Source: an uncultured Methanoregulaceae archaeon (GTDB lineage: Archaea; Halobacteriota; Methanomicrobia; Methanomicrobiales; Methanospirillaceae). Taken from it: 64,000 nt of DNA. Positions 54,133 through 64,000 of the stretch are shown in pieces. Both the position numbers and the translations under genes were made by a program. Position 1 is the stretch's first letter. Each line of letters opens with the position of its first letter. Location of the stretch: NCBI GenBank assembly GCA_963717525.1, contig OY970343.1:1440001-1504000 (forward strand), in the 5' to 3' direction. The notes beneath the pieces were generated by a model. The model made no database searches and had not been told where the DNA came from. It saw only the letters and a program-made list of their open reading frames with translations.

Positions 54133-54912
54133 TTACTCATTAAATTTCTTATACAACCGGTTAGCCACGAACTGGAAGATCAGGATGAAGATGAGGAGCG
54201 CGACGATATCCCACACCGGTGAGTACAGCGACGTCCCGGTATAGGCATAGCTGATCATATCGTTTCCATACGTCAGCGGGGAAAAAAGTGCGATATCCTG
54301 ACCGATCTGCGGTATTTCCGATATCGGGATAAAGACACCGGAGATAAAGATGAGCGGCAGCCGGACGGTGTTGAGCATCGACATCACTTCCCCGACATTC
54401 TCGGTCGGGTACGCGGCAAAGAGGGTCCCGAGGGTGGCAAAGCAGAACGCCGTCAGCGCCATCGCAATCACGAGAACCGGTGCATTTTCGATCGGCGTGG
54501 CAAACAGGATGATCCCAGCTATGAGCGGGAAACATGCAATACCGAGACTATAGAGAAAACCGCTGAGACTCTCACCGAAAACCAGTGAATGAAGCGAAAT
54601 TGGTGCCGAGAGCAGCCGGTCGAACGTCTTTACCCGCCGCTCGATGGGGATCGAAACCGGCTCGATCGAAGAGGCCGAGAAGAGCAGGGTGATCGCAATA
54701 AGACCAGGGATCAGGGTGCCGGGCGGAGCGTTCTTTCCAATAGCAAACGCAAGAAACATGAAGAACGGGAAGAGGATCCCCATCACGATGATGTTGGGCT
54801 TGATGTAGTAGGTGATCATGTCCTTGCGCGAGATCGCCCATGCGGCGGAGAGCTCATGGCTGAGCCGCCCGGCCCATGCGCCGGCCCGTTCGTTTCTTTC
54901 AGTCGATGGCAT
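54133..54912 (-). CDS. ABC-2 type exporter permease
   Basis: Six TM helices; ER...FDRLLSAP, FISGVFIP and SPLTY. Confidence 0.9.
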   Translation of the reverse strand: MPSTERNERAGAWAGRLSHELSAAWAISRKDMITYYIKPNIIVMGILFPFFMFLAFAIGKNAPPGTLIPGLIAITLLFSASSIEPVSIPIERRVKTFDRLLSAPISLHSLVFGESLSGFLYSLGIACFPLIAGIILFATPIENAPVLVIAMALTAFCFATLGTLFAAYPTENVGEVMSMLNTVRLPLIFISGVFIPISEIPQIGQDIALFSPLTYGNDMISYAYTGTSLYSPVWDIVALLIFILIFQFVANRLYKKFNE

Positions 54913-55855
54913 GAATCGTCCCTCCCGTTCTCTGCAGGCCGGTCAGTTTGATGAAAACGTCCTCAAGGCTCGGGCCCAGGGTGGAGATACTGATCACCCT
55001 GATGTTCCGGGCCCGGGCATACTCCATCACCGACTCGATCACCGTTGCAGGATCCTCGGTATAGAGCCGGAACTTGTCCCCTTCCTTTACGGCATCGTTG
55101 ACCATAGAAAGGTGACGGACTTCATCGAACTGGTGCGCGGAGGCATGATCGAATGATACCGCGATCGACTGCACGCTCTGGATCGTTTTCTTGAGTCGTT
55201 CCGGTGCATCAATCGCCGCGATCGTGCCGCGGTTGACGATCGCCACCCGGTCGCACATCATGTTCGCCTCTTCGATGTTATGGGTGGTTAAAAATACGGT
55301 CACACCTTCATCAATAAGGCCCTTGATCACATCGCGGATGATGAGATTGCTCTGGACATCGAGGCCGGAGGTCGGTTCATCAAGGAAAATAAGCAGGGGG
55401 CTGTTGACAAGCCCCATGGCAAGGGTCAGCCGCCGTTTCATGCCCTTGGAAAAGCCATGCGCCTTATCATTGCGCCGCTCGAACAGGTCAAAAGTGGTGA
55501 GCAGTTCTGCCGCTTTCTTCTCCCGCAGATCCCTGTGCACATGGTAGAGCTCTGCGGAGAAAATCATGTTCTGCCATGCGGTCAGGTCGTCGTAGACGTT
55601 TGAGGTTTCGGAGACGATCCCCATCGACTGCCGCGCCGCAATCGTCTCGCGTCCGATATCATGGCCGAAGATAGAGGCTGTCCCGGAGGTCGGGTACAAG
55701 ATCCCGGTCAGGATCCGGATCGTAGTGGTCTTTCCCGCACCGTTGGGGCCTAAAAAGCCAAACGTCTCCCCAACGTCGACCGAGAAACTGATATCGTTGA
55801 GCGCGGTCAGGGCGCCGAATTTCTTGGTGAGGTGCGAAACCTCGATTGCGTGCAT
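54899..55855 (-). CDS. ABC exporter ATP-binding protein (DrrA-like)
   Basis: GPNGAGKT, FSKGMKRR, LDEPTSGLD, TTH and SLEDVFI. Confidence 0.93.
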   Translation of the reverse strand: MHAIEVSHLTKKFGALTALNDISFSVDVGETFGFLGPNGAGKTTTIRILTGILYPTSGTASIFGHDIGRETIAARQSMGIVSETSNVYDDLTAWQNMIFSAELYHVHRDLREKKAAELLTTFDLFERRNDKAHGFSKGMKRRLTLAMGLVNSPLLIFLDEPTSGLDVQSNLIIRDVIKGLIDEGVTVFLTTHNIEEANMMCDRVAIVNRGTIAAIDAPERLKKTIQSVQSIAVSFDHASAHQFDEVRHLSMVNDAVKEGDKFRLYTEDPATVIESVMEYARARNIRVISISTLGPSLEDVFIKLTGLQRTGGTIHAID

Positions 55856-56166
55856 ATGATCCCGGATAGGATCAGGGAACGTTTAAAGATCATCATTGCT
55901 TCCGTAGGAAAACCAAAATCCAGACCTGTGCGCTCCACGCAGGTTTATCCACCACTGCACCGCCGGGAACGGGGATAATCATAATCGCACCCGGGCGGCG
56001 CTCTTCACAGCACGGCACCGGTGAGTCTTCTTTTTGCCCCCATCCGGCAGCGGTTTCCTTTGTACCCTTCAGTATAGGCAACCGGTTCGTACAACGGTCC
56101 GTTGTGGGCTTCCTGCACCTCACACAGAGGCGGAAAAAACGGTGGTGAGGTCGCACCGGCACAGGA

Positions 56167-56454
56167 TTACCGGGGTGATTTTTTGGACCGGGTGGGATCT
56201 TCCTTTTTTGCAACCTTTCCGGGCCGGGGCCGGTCCTCGTGGATGCCATGATCCAGGTTCAGGTCTTTGTTCTCCGGGCCTGTGTGGGGATAATGTCTGG
56301 GTGAGAGTTCCGCCTTTTTCTGCGGGTGATGAGGTGGATGAACGGCGGGAGCTGCCATGGGATGATGGCCACGGTCTTCTGCATGGCGGTTCTTGTCCGG
56401 GCTTGCGGAGCTGCTTTTCCTCTTTATGGGGGACGGTGTGCGTGCTGGTGACAT
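56167..56454 (-). CDS. Possible small basic, disordered His/Pro-rich protein
   Basis: MSPARTPSPIKRK...HHP...KKSPR; no recognisable family. Confidence 0.35.
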   Translation of the reverse strand: MSPARTPSPIKRKSSSASPDKNRHAEDRGHHPMAAPAVHPPHHPQKKAELSPRHYPHTGPENKDLNLDHGIHEDRPRPGKVAKKEDPTRSKKSPR

Positions 56455-56700
56455 AATCAAGGGTTCATTGCTGAGGGGAGATAAAACCACGCTTGTTACG
56501 GTGTTTTCGATGAGGCGGGCCGGCAGTCCTCCCTATGACCAGACCCTCTCTTTCCCTGGATCAAGATCCTTCTTATTCTTCCCCGTCCTAATGGTCACCG
56601 GAGCAATCGATGAGCCCGGCCCGATCCGTTGTACCCGTGCACTATGTTCCCACAGGCTTTGGCAGCACCGGCTCATCCTGATCTCAATCGGCCCACCCCC

Positions 56701-57213
56701 ATGCCTCACGAGAACCCGGACCAGAATTGCGGCACCTCCAGCCCGGCCCTTCATCCAGCAGACCGGATCCAGAAATTCTTTGTCCGGCCGTTCTTTCTCA
56801 CGCTGACGATCGGCCTCCCGTTCTGCACCTTCAAGGGGCTCTTTGGCCTTGCCGCCATCCGGGCCGGGACACCGTCAGACCCCCTTCTAGCTGGCGTTGG
56901 GTGGCTGGTAGTCACATGGGCCACCATCGATTTTGTCATGAACGCCGTGCGGGCTGCAGGTGACCTCCTGCATATGCCCACCCCACTGGAATATTGCACG
57001 CTTGCCGAGGTAGGAAGGCTGGTGCACCGCCCGCTGGTCTTTCTTGCATGCGATACGCTGCTCTCTTTTTCGATCATCTGCCTGATGCTCTGGTCAGGCT
57101 GGATCACGCAGCAGACACCGGTAGAGACATTCCTGTGGTACTCGGCTACCACGCTCAACCTGATCAGTATCTCGCTTGTATCGCTCTATAATGAAGCAAC
57201 GAGAGCGGCCTGA
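56701..57213 (+). CDS. Hypothetical membrane protein
   Basis: About 4 TM segments; LTIGLPFC.FK, EYCTLA and ATTLNL. Confidence 0.65.
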   Translation: MPHENPDQNCGTSSPALHPADRIQKFFVRPFFLTLTIGLPFCTFKGLFGLAAIRAGTPSDPLLAGVGWLVVTWATIDFVMNAVRAAGDLLHMPTPLEYCTLAEVGRLVHRPLVFLACDTLLSFSIICLMLWSGWITQQTPVETFLWYSATTLNLISISLVSLYNEATRAA

Positions 57214-57271
57214 AACGACACCTCTCTCCAGAAAGCGTCCCTTTCATCTGACCCTGGCAATCGCCCCGTTA

Positions 57272-58082
57272 TCACGGGGTGACCAGGCCATGGCGCAGGT
57301 AATCCACGATCCGGTCCACGACCTCGGGAGCCCGGGGCAGGCTGAAGGTGGCAGTACTGCCCGGCGTCCTTTTCGAGCGCTGCAGGATCGGAAGGCAGGA
57401 TCTCCATGTCCGCACCGGGAAGAACAGAATCTGTACGGGGCACGATGCCATCGCCGGCATAGGTCATTCTCCACCGGCCGCCCGGCTGCAGTTCGCAGGT
57501 CTTCCCTTCAAAACAGGGGAAAAATGAGGGATTATGGGTGATGTTTTCCGCGCAGAGAATCCGGTACCGGATATCGGGGCGGATCCCTTTCATGCGTAGT
57601 GCTGCCATAGTTGCACTCCCCGGACGGCAGGCTTGGACAATGACATCGGCGGCTGGATCAAAATTCCGGGGGATAAAGGTGCCGCATAACCTGCCGGTTA
57701 TCGCCGGCCCTATCACCGGGTCGCAGAAGAGTTCAGCAAGGGATGAGCCGTTGTTGGGCGGGCCGATCGCGATAAGCTGGCGCACCCGTTCATTCCGGGT
57801 GCGGCCATCTGTCACTTCGAAGAGGTAGCGGGCAACGCAGGAGCCTATGGAGTGGCACACCACGTCGATGCTGCCGGTATAATCCTCCTCTTCCCGCCGT
57901 GTGGCGATAAACGCTCCCAGGGCTCCCGCGATCTCTTCCATGGAGGCGCCATCAAGAGAGGTGTAATCGAAGATCCATGCGGGGATGTCCGTTTTGTTGA
58001 GCTGCGGGGTGAGCCGTTTCCAGATACCGGGATGGCTTTTCCAGCCATGGACAAGGACAACAGGAACAGGGAGGGAGGGCAT
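57272..58082 (-). CDS. Alpha/beta hydrolase (lipase/PGAP1-like; frameshift near 57345)
   Basis: VVLVHGW, VCHSIG nucleophile elbow, IGPPNNGS and GDGIV; the C-terminus LPRAPEVVDRIVDYL is in another frame. Confidence 0.8.
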
Positions 58083-58272
58083 ATGCAGGAAAATGTGGGG
58101 CTCAGGGAAGCATAGGTTTTGTGGGGCAGGGCCCTCTCTTTCCTGGTGCCTGGGGGGGGGGGGGGGTGGGGTCACCTCACCATTTTTTTAAATCAGCCCC
58201 CACCCGCTCGCGTCCCCTGGGGCACCCCCCACCCCCCTGCGAGTACAGTCACCGTCATAAAATATCGGATTT

Positions 58273-58330
58273 TAGTTAGATGCGCATCTAACTATCAAAT
58301 GTACATCTGATAATAAGATGTACATCTAAC
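58273..58330. repeat. Three tandem palindromes (AGATG-YR-CATCT core) at exact 19-bp spacing
   Basis: TAGTTAGATGCGCATCTAACTA (perfect, 22 bp), TATCAAATGTACATCTGATA (1 mismatch) and AGATGTACATCT; centres at 58283/4, 58302/3 and 58321/2. Confidence 0.85.
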
Positions 58331-59158
58331 TCACTGTTTTCGCGGTTTTGTCTCAGCGAGCAGCAGCGCGAGCTCGCCCGCGGGTGTTATCCGGAAGTAC
58401 TTCTCCCTCCGGCTCTTCTCCGGGCCGGGTTCCTGCCGGATCAGGTTCCCTGCTTCCATTGTAGCAAGAAGGGTGGTAAATGTTCCCTGGCTGAGCCGGG
58501 GGATTGCCGGTCCCTTCCTCGAAGGTGTTGCCGAGCTCCTGACCCCTTTCTTTCTTACCGGCACATAAAATGACTCCAGCTGGGTGTACAGATAGGCACG
58601 GGACAGCAGGCGGGGCGAACGTTCCTGTTTTCCCGGCGCCCGGTAGAGCAGGGCAAGGATCCGCCCGTAGTTCTTGTTGGACTGCATGTTGCCAACCACC
58701 GGGCCTGGTACCGGAAGCAGGGTGGGGCTCCCATCTCTCTTCTGGTCGAAAAATGTATAATATGCCTCACCACCCAGCCAGAGCGAGATCGTAGAGAGTG
58801 CGAGGGAGAGATCCTTGGATCCGGCAGTAAGGTCAAACGAGTACGTTGCAGAAGGGTGCTCAGAAACGATCTTTATGATTGCCTGGACCACGGAATCCAG
58901 CGCAGGCGAACCGATATAGACCAGGTGCGCAGGAATTTTCAGGAACGCGGCGTGGGTTCTCAGGTGATTGACCGCTTCGCGCGCCGCGGTTTTGTACGCC
59001 TTTGCCCTTTCGTTGTCGCGGACTAAATTGGTATAGAGATCGGTATCAGCAAAAACATACGTATGCGTGATCTTCTGCAGATCCCGGACTGCTGCCGCGT
59101 AAACCTCGTGGATATGCTCTCCTGCACTGACGATATGGATATGCTCCTGCCGGTCCAT
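58331..59158 (-). CDS. CARF-like Rossmann plus winged-HTH regulator (DUF6293/Csa3-like)
   Basis: HIHIVSAG first strand, FDLTAGSK (CARF D-x-T/S-x-G-x-K motif) and AYY; C-terminal LSQGTFTTLLATMEAGNLI...FRITPAGE wHTH wing. Confidence 0.72.
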   Translation of the reverse strand: MDRQEHIHIVSAGEHIHEVYAAAVRDLQKITHTYVFADTDLYTNLVRDNERAKAYKTAAREAVNHLRTHAAFLKIPAHLVYIGSPALDSVVQAIIKIVSEHPSATYSFDLTAGSKDLSLALSTISLWLGGEAYYTFFDQKRDGSPTLLPVPGPVVGNMQSNKNYGRILALLYRAPGKQERSPRLLSRAYLYTQLESFYVPVRKKGVRSSATPSRKGPAIPRLSQGTFTTLLATMEAGNLIRQEPGPEKSRREKYFRITPAGELALLLAETKPRKQ

Positions 59159-59281
59159 GAGGAAGATCGGGAACCGGATTATAAAGTGTTGTCCGTTGGC
59201 AGCCCGGGAAGTGCCCTCCGGTTTCCGGGCGGTTCTCCGGCAGGCCCGGGTTTATACGCTGTTACATGCCACGTGTTCACC

Positions 59282-59752
59282 ATGCGAATGCCGTTTCTCG
59301 TGCCGGTCCTTATCGCCATTGTTATGGTAACGGGCTGTACCGCAACGGCCCCATACATTCCCGGCGCACAACAGCCCCTGAGCCTGAACCAGCAGGCACA
59401 ATTTGAGAACAACGGGTATGCATTTGATGCAGGGATCGACAAAATCGACATCCAGGACGCTCAGACAATAGTCGTGACACTCACCATAGTAAATACGGGG
59501 ACGCAGGGACTGACACTCTCTGCAATGCCCTCGCTCAATGACCCGGTTGGCGAAGCATATCCCGGCCAGGCGATCTTTTTCAGCCAGATCGCACCCAATC
59601 ACCAGTCTACCCAGAAAGGGACCATCTCCATTCCCGTGGGTACCCTCGACCAGCTCGGTCAGGGATCGACCCTCACAATCCGGTTCCAGGGTACCTCACC
59701 GGTTCCCTACGAGACCACATGGAGCATCGATCTCACCAACCTGCCGAAATAA
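59282..59752 (+). CDS. Hypothetical lipoprotein-like protein (Ig-like beta sandwich)
   Basis: Leader ending VTGC; VTLTIVNTG beta-rich domain. Confidence 0.7.
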   Translation: MRMPFLVPVLIAIVMVTGCTATAPYIPGAQQPLSLNQQAQFENNGYAFDAGIDKIDIQDAQTIVVTLTIVNTGTQGLTLSAMPSLNDPVGEAYPGQAIFFSQIAPNHQSTQKGTISIPVGTLDQLGQGSTLTIRFQGTSPVPYETTWSIDLTNLPK

Positions 59753-59787
59753 ACTGCACCTGGATGCAGGATCGGCAGAAAAAAGGT

Positions 59788-60276
59788 TTACAACGGCGAA
59801 TCGTCACCGAGCGATTCCCTGCTCCGCATCTGGTAGAGCACCATCGGGTCCATCTCCTTGTAATCGGCGGGGCTCGTCCTCATAATGACCCGGCTGATTC
59901 CGCTGTTGACGATCATCTTGGAACACAGGAAGCATGGCCAGATCTGCGTGAGGTCCCCGGTGGAGACATCGAACCCCGCGAGGTAAAGGGTGCATCCCCG
60001 GGCAAGTTTTCCTGCCTGGAGCATCGCGTTCATCTCCGCGTGAACACTCCTGCACCGTTCGTAGTTGGAGCCCGAGGGGATGTTGTGCTCTTTCCTCCAG
60101 CAGTGTTTGAGTTCAGTACAGTCCATCTGTTTGCGCGGGGCGCCGGTGTAACCGGTGGATACAATCGTATTGTATTCATCAACAATGATTGCGCCGAAGT
60201 TGCGCCGCAGGCAGGTACCCTGGTTGGCACACCGCTGCGCGAGGTCGAGGAAATACTGGTGCCTGTTGGTTCGCAT
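59788..60276 (-). CDS. dCMP/cytidine deaminase family protein (ComEB-like)
   Basis: TCLRRNFGAII, TGYTG, HAEMNA and PCFLC zinc-deaminase motifs; TTG start. Confidence 0.9.
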   Translation of the reverse strand: MRTNRHQYFLDLAQRCANQGTCLRRNFGAIIVDEYNTIVSTGYTGAPRKQMDCTELKHCWRKEHNIPSGSNYERCRSVHAEMNAMLQAGKLARGCTLYLAGFDVSTGDLTQIWPCFLCSKMIVNSGISRVIMRTSPADYKEMDPMVLYQMRSRESLGDDSPL

Positions 60277-60334
60277 TCAAGGAAATATGACCAGCCCCGG
60301 TATTAAAGGATCAGGGTTCCGGTTTCCGGGATAC

Positions 60335-60628
60335 TCAAACTGAGGGGAGAACAAGAGCACCAGCCACGTACAGGATTCCTGCGATATGAAGGAGCATAAA
60401 GACCGGTACCAGGTAAAACTTCATTTTCTGGGTTTTGTGCCGGAAGAGAAGCATCGCCCCGTATGCGCCGAAGGGTCCACAGAGCGCCGCACCAAGGAGG
60501 GTGTATTCTGGAATCCTCCAGCCACCCGCACGGGCTGTATGTTTGTCGTACCCGTACAGGCAGAATAAAACGCCGTTTACGAGCGCATAAACTGCGATGG
60601 CGGCAGGTGCAGGAGGGACAGGGATCAT
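60335..60628 (-). CDS. DUF1294 membrane protein
   Basis: YGYDK..A...WRIPE..L...GPFGA...FRHKT.K. Confidence 0.88.
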   Translation of the reverse strand: MIPVPPAPAAIAVYALVNGVLFCLYGYDKHTARAGGWRIPEYTLLGAALCGPFGAYGAMLLFRHKTQKMKFYLVPVFMLLHIAGILYVAGALVLPSV

Positions 60629-60839
60629 ACCAGTACCAGTTTTCGCGTGGCTGGATTTAGGGTTTGAGCCGGATCCTGCCGGCACGAAAGAGAGGTGAGG
60701 TATCTCTGCGCAGGGTAATGGCAGGAAAAGCGGCCCAGCATCCAACCATAGAAGGTACTATCAACAATGCAGGGCAGCCGTTCACTTTCTCCCTGCACAC
60801 CTCCTGTCTTTAATACCCGTGAACCGATCTTCCTCTCAT

Positions 60840-62052
60840 ATGATCATCGGTAAAGGGGCATATCTCCGGCAGCTGACTGCGGCGACGACCCAAATGAGAT
60901 CGGTGGAGGTGGGAAAGGAGATGACCGGCGAGCTCTCCGCCCTCGGTCTTTATCGGCAGCTGGAACTACCCGGATGTGCTTCCCGGCCCGATGATCGCAC
61001 CGGTCCACGGGGACACCAGAATCATGGACCGGCCCGAGGAGTGGATTTGCGGCAACCTGACCCAGGATGAGATCATCGGGTACCGGATGAACCTTGTCCG
61101 GGGCAAGCGCATGACCAATGCCGGTGACCTTGGCAACCGGTTCGTGGAGAAACTCCAGGAGATCGTCCTTGCCAACGGTTCGATCGAGAGCGAGGCTGCA
61201 TTCGAAAGCGCGCCGGCCGGTCTTTCATTTTCAGAAGAGCATACCCCATTTGGGCCGAGTGCCCCGCTGGAACGGTTCGAGATCGAGGCAAAGCGCTGGG
61301 ATCCATCCCTTGAAAAGGTCTTTTATGATACTGACCTGACAGCCCGCAATGCTGTGCTCGACCTGCACCGTTCGGGTCTTGCGTTCTCCAGTATCCAGAA
61401 GGCATTCTCGGCCGGGACGATGGGGCGGGGGCCCCGCCGGCGCCTCGTTCCTACCCGGTGGTCGATCACCGCATGCGATACGATGATCGGGGACCGGCTC
61501 CTCTCCGAGGTAAAAAAGTGCCCGGTGATCGATACCATCAGGATGCATGAATTCGCGAGCCTTCACAACCGGTACGCGGTGATCCTGCTGCCGACAGCGT
61601 GGGAGTACGAGTGGACCGAGGCATTCCTTCACGTGCTCGGGACCGAGGAATATGTCTTCTCGGATCATGAGGGGTTCAGGGGAAAGACAGGCTATTCACC
61701 TCTGGGCGGGTGCTACTATTCCTGCAAGATGAGTGTGCTCGAGGCGCTTGCACGGGAGCACAGGCAGGCTGGTGCCATCATCCTGCGCGAGGCGCTGCCC
61801 GGGTACGTACCCATGGGCGTGTTCAACGTTCGGGAGAATGTCAGGAGCGCGATGCGAGAACCGGCAACAGAGTTCGAAGACCTCAGGTCTGCCCTTGCAC
61901 GTATCTCTGCAACCTTTACCCTCCCGGTCCAGCGATTTATCACAGAAACCACACTCCTCCGGGAAAGCCTCAGGCAGCGGCAATGCACCCTGAGCGATTT
62001 TGCTGTTTCCCCGGTGAAAAGGGGTTTCGCACCGGAGGCCTCTGCACGGTAA
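60840..62052 (+). CDS. nreA: Nre-family archaeal DNA repair protein (frameshift near 60940)
   Basis: [48 protein letters not shown] and C-terminal PIP-like QCTLSDF. Confidence 0.85.
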
Positions 62053-62093
62053 CGGGAGCCCGCTCCACGGATATCACAAGGGGTAACGGATTC

Positions 62094-63193
62094 ATGACAG
62101 GCATTATAGCGGTTAACCCAACCCCCCGGATCATCCTGCACGCCGACATGGACTGTTTCTATGCAGCCGTCGAGATGCACGACCACCCGCAGTATGCAGC
62201 CCTACCGGTCGTGGTCGGTGCCGATCCCCAGGGGGGCACCGGCAGGGGTGTCGTTTCTACCTGCTCGTACGAGGCCCGGGCATATGGTATCCGGTCAGCG
62301 ATGCCTATATCGCACGCATACCGGCTCTGTCCAGATGCCATCTTCCTCCGCCCCCGGATGATCCGGTATGGGGAAGTGTCTGAAGAGATCATGACTATCC
62401 TCAGACTCACCGGGGTTCCGGTTCGAGCAGGTGAGCATCGATGAGGCATTTCTGGACCTGAGCCCTGCCCGGCAGTTTTTCGGAGGCACGGGAACTGGCA
62501 GAAGAGCTGAAACGGGAGATCCGCGCCCGGTGCGGGATCACCTGTTCGCTCGGGCTTGCCCCGACAAAACTGGTCGCAAAGATCGCTTCGGATTTCAAAA
62601 AACCTGATGGCCTGACCGTTGTCGAACCAGCAGATGTACCGGGGTTTCTCGCACCGCTGCCGGTCCGCAGGATCCCCGGGATCGGGTTTAAGACCGAGAA
62701 GGAACTGCAGGTACTGGGAATACATACCATAGGCGACCTTGCCGCATACAACATCCAGGGCCTTCTCGGGCGCTTCGGGCGCTCCGCAGTGGGACTGCAC
62801 GAGGCAGCTCTTGGTGTTGACGGAAGCGAAGTCACGGAGCGCGACGGTATAAAATCCGTCTCAAAAGAGACGACCTTCGGGCAGGATACCGGAGATCCCG
62901 ACGAGATTATCGCCACCATGGACGCCCTCATCGGAGAAGTGTACCGCTCCCTCACTGAAGAAAAAATCTATTTTAAGACCATTACCGTCAGGGTACGTTT
63001 CGAGGGATTTGAGACAAAAACAAAGGCAAAAACCATTCTTCATTACCATAACGACGAGGAGACAATCCGGGGATGTGCCCATGAACTGCTCCGCGAACTC
63101 TTCTGCGGCAGGAAAATCCGGCGGTTGGGCCTGCGGCTCTCGGGACTGAAACGGCAGGACGCCCGGCAGCAGACTGCTTTTTGGCCAGGATGA
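62094..63193 (+). CDS. dinB: Y-family DNA polymerase IV (frameshifts near 62420 and 62470)
   Basis: [58 protein letters not shown] and IRRLGLRLS. Confidence 0.9.
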
Positions 63194-63296
63194 CTAAAAA
63201 AAGGGAGGGCAAACGAGGGGAGGAACGCAAAAACTGATTAAAAAGGATTCCGAAGGGGGATGCGGGAACCTGGCACTTCCACGGGACACGTTTTTT

Positions 63297-64000
63297 TCAG
63301 GAATCGCCAGGAGGTTCCGCCACTGCAGGTTCCGGGGAGGGTGTGCATGTTGCCGGTGGAAGGAGGCCGAGGACAACCAGTGAGAGGCCGGCAACGACTA
63401 ATGCCCCGAAGAGGGGCAGATACGGATTACCTGAAAAGAACGTTTCGAAGAGGGGGTAGATCATGAACGCAAGAGCAAAAAGGAGGGTGCCGGCAAGGGC
63501 CTTTAGGTTATCGCGAGGCACGTGGTTGAGTCCCGTAATGATGATCGAACCGCTGGCAAAGAAGTAGAGGAGGATCATCAGTGTCTGCCGGGAGATGTCC
63601 TCTGTGACGAGAATGGCAAGCGGAATGACGAGCGTCAGGAGCAGGATCGCAAACAGGATCAGTCCCCGGACCTGCCTTTCCGGGAAGAGACGGGAATAAG
63701 CCGAGGAGAGGAGCAGGATTGAAGCGACGAATCCCATATCGATAAGGCCGGGGAAGGTGAAGGTGCCAGCCCCGGTAAGGACTGTAGCATACCACGCAAT
63801 GTTTGCGACGCCACAAAGGGCAAATGCCCCGGCTGCATAGAGCAGGCCGGTCCCGCACCGGTCCCGGAACCAGAGATAGAAGAATACAGCGGCTCCGGCA
63901 AAGGCTGTACAAATTTCGAGATCCGTAGCAAGCGAAAGGTAGTTGGCAGAGGGGAGAACAAAAAGCGCGAGGGCGAGGGCGGCTGCCACGCCAAGAACTC
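63297..64000 (-). CDS. Hypothetical multi-pass membrane protein (5' end beyond window)
   Basis: At least 7 hydrophobic segments; FPGLIDMG. Confidence 0.65.
   Translation of the reverse strand, partial: VLGVAAALALALFVLPSANYLSLATDLEICTAFAGAAVFFYLWFRDRCGTGLLYAAGAFALCGVANIAWYATVLTGAGTFTFPGLIDMGFVASILLLSSAYSRLFPERQVRGLILFAILLLTLVIPLAILVTEDISRQTLMILLYFFASGSIIITGLNHVPRDNLKALAGTLLFALAFMIYPLFETFFSGNPYLPLFGALVVAGLSLVVLGLLPPATCTPSPEPAVAEPPGDS

Noticed and set aside
58273..58330. Palindrome trio as a mini-CRISPR or terminator
   Set aside because: There are no spacers, the units are only 19 bp, and the palindromes have no loop or U-tract; it fits an operator-like array better.

Overview
A 64-kb stretch of an archaeal methanogen chromosome, most likely Methanomicrobiales and Methanoregula-like. 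This is inferred from methanogenesis marker 12, porCDAB, a stand-alone nifB, archaeal pheS/pheT/trpS/endA, nreA and a PGF-CTERM-type surface protein. It holds about 55 protein genes and one tRNA-Val(TAC). I found no CRISPR array, integrase or transposase. About 20 single-base frameshifts break otherwise intact genes, including porB, so most look like assembly errors. The most notable accessory locus is a six-gene operon at 21554-28785: orphan NrdG-like radical SAM, DUF1257/Ycf35, Ycf46-type AAA+ ATPase, large WD40 protein, motif-degenerate Hsp70-like protein and DUF2997. It resembles an uncharacterised bacterial-type stress or protein-remodelling module. Other items worth a look are a TerY-P triad (vWA, PP2C, kinase), a CARF-like/wHTH regulator followed by three 19-bp-phased palindromes and a G/C-tract element, a near-consensus ORB box with no cdc6 nearby, a ~32-33-bp-phased A-tract region after the tRNA, a decayed PLD-nuclease gene, a serpin and an internally duplicated PKD/IPT surface protein. 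All family assignments come from motif recognition, not database searches.
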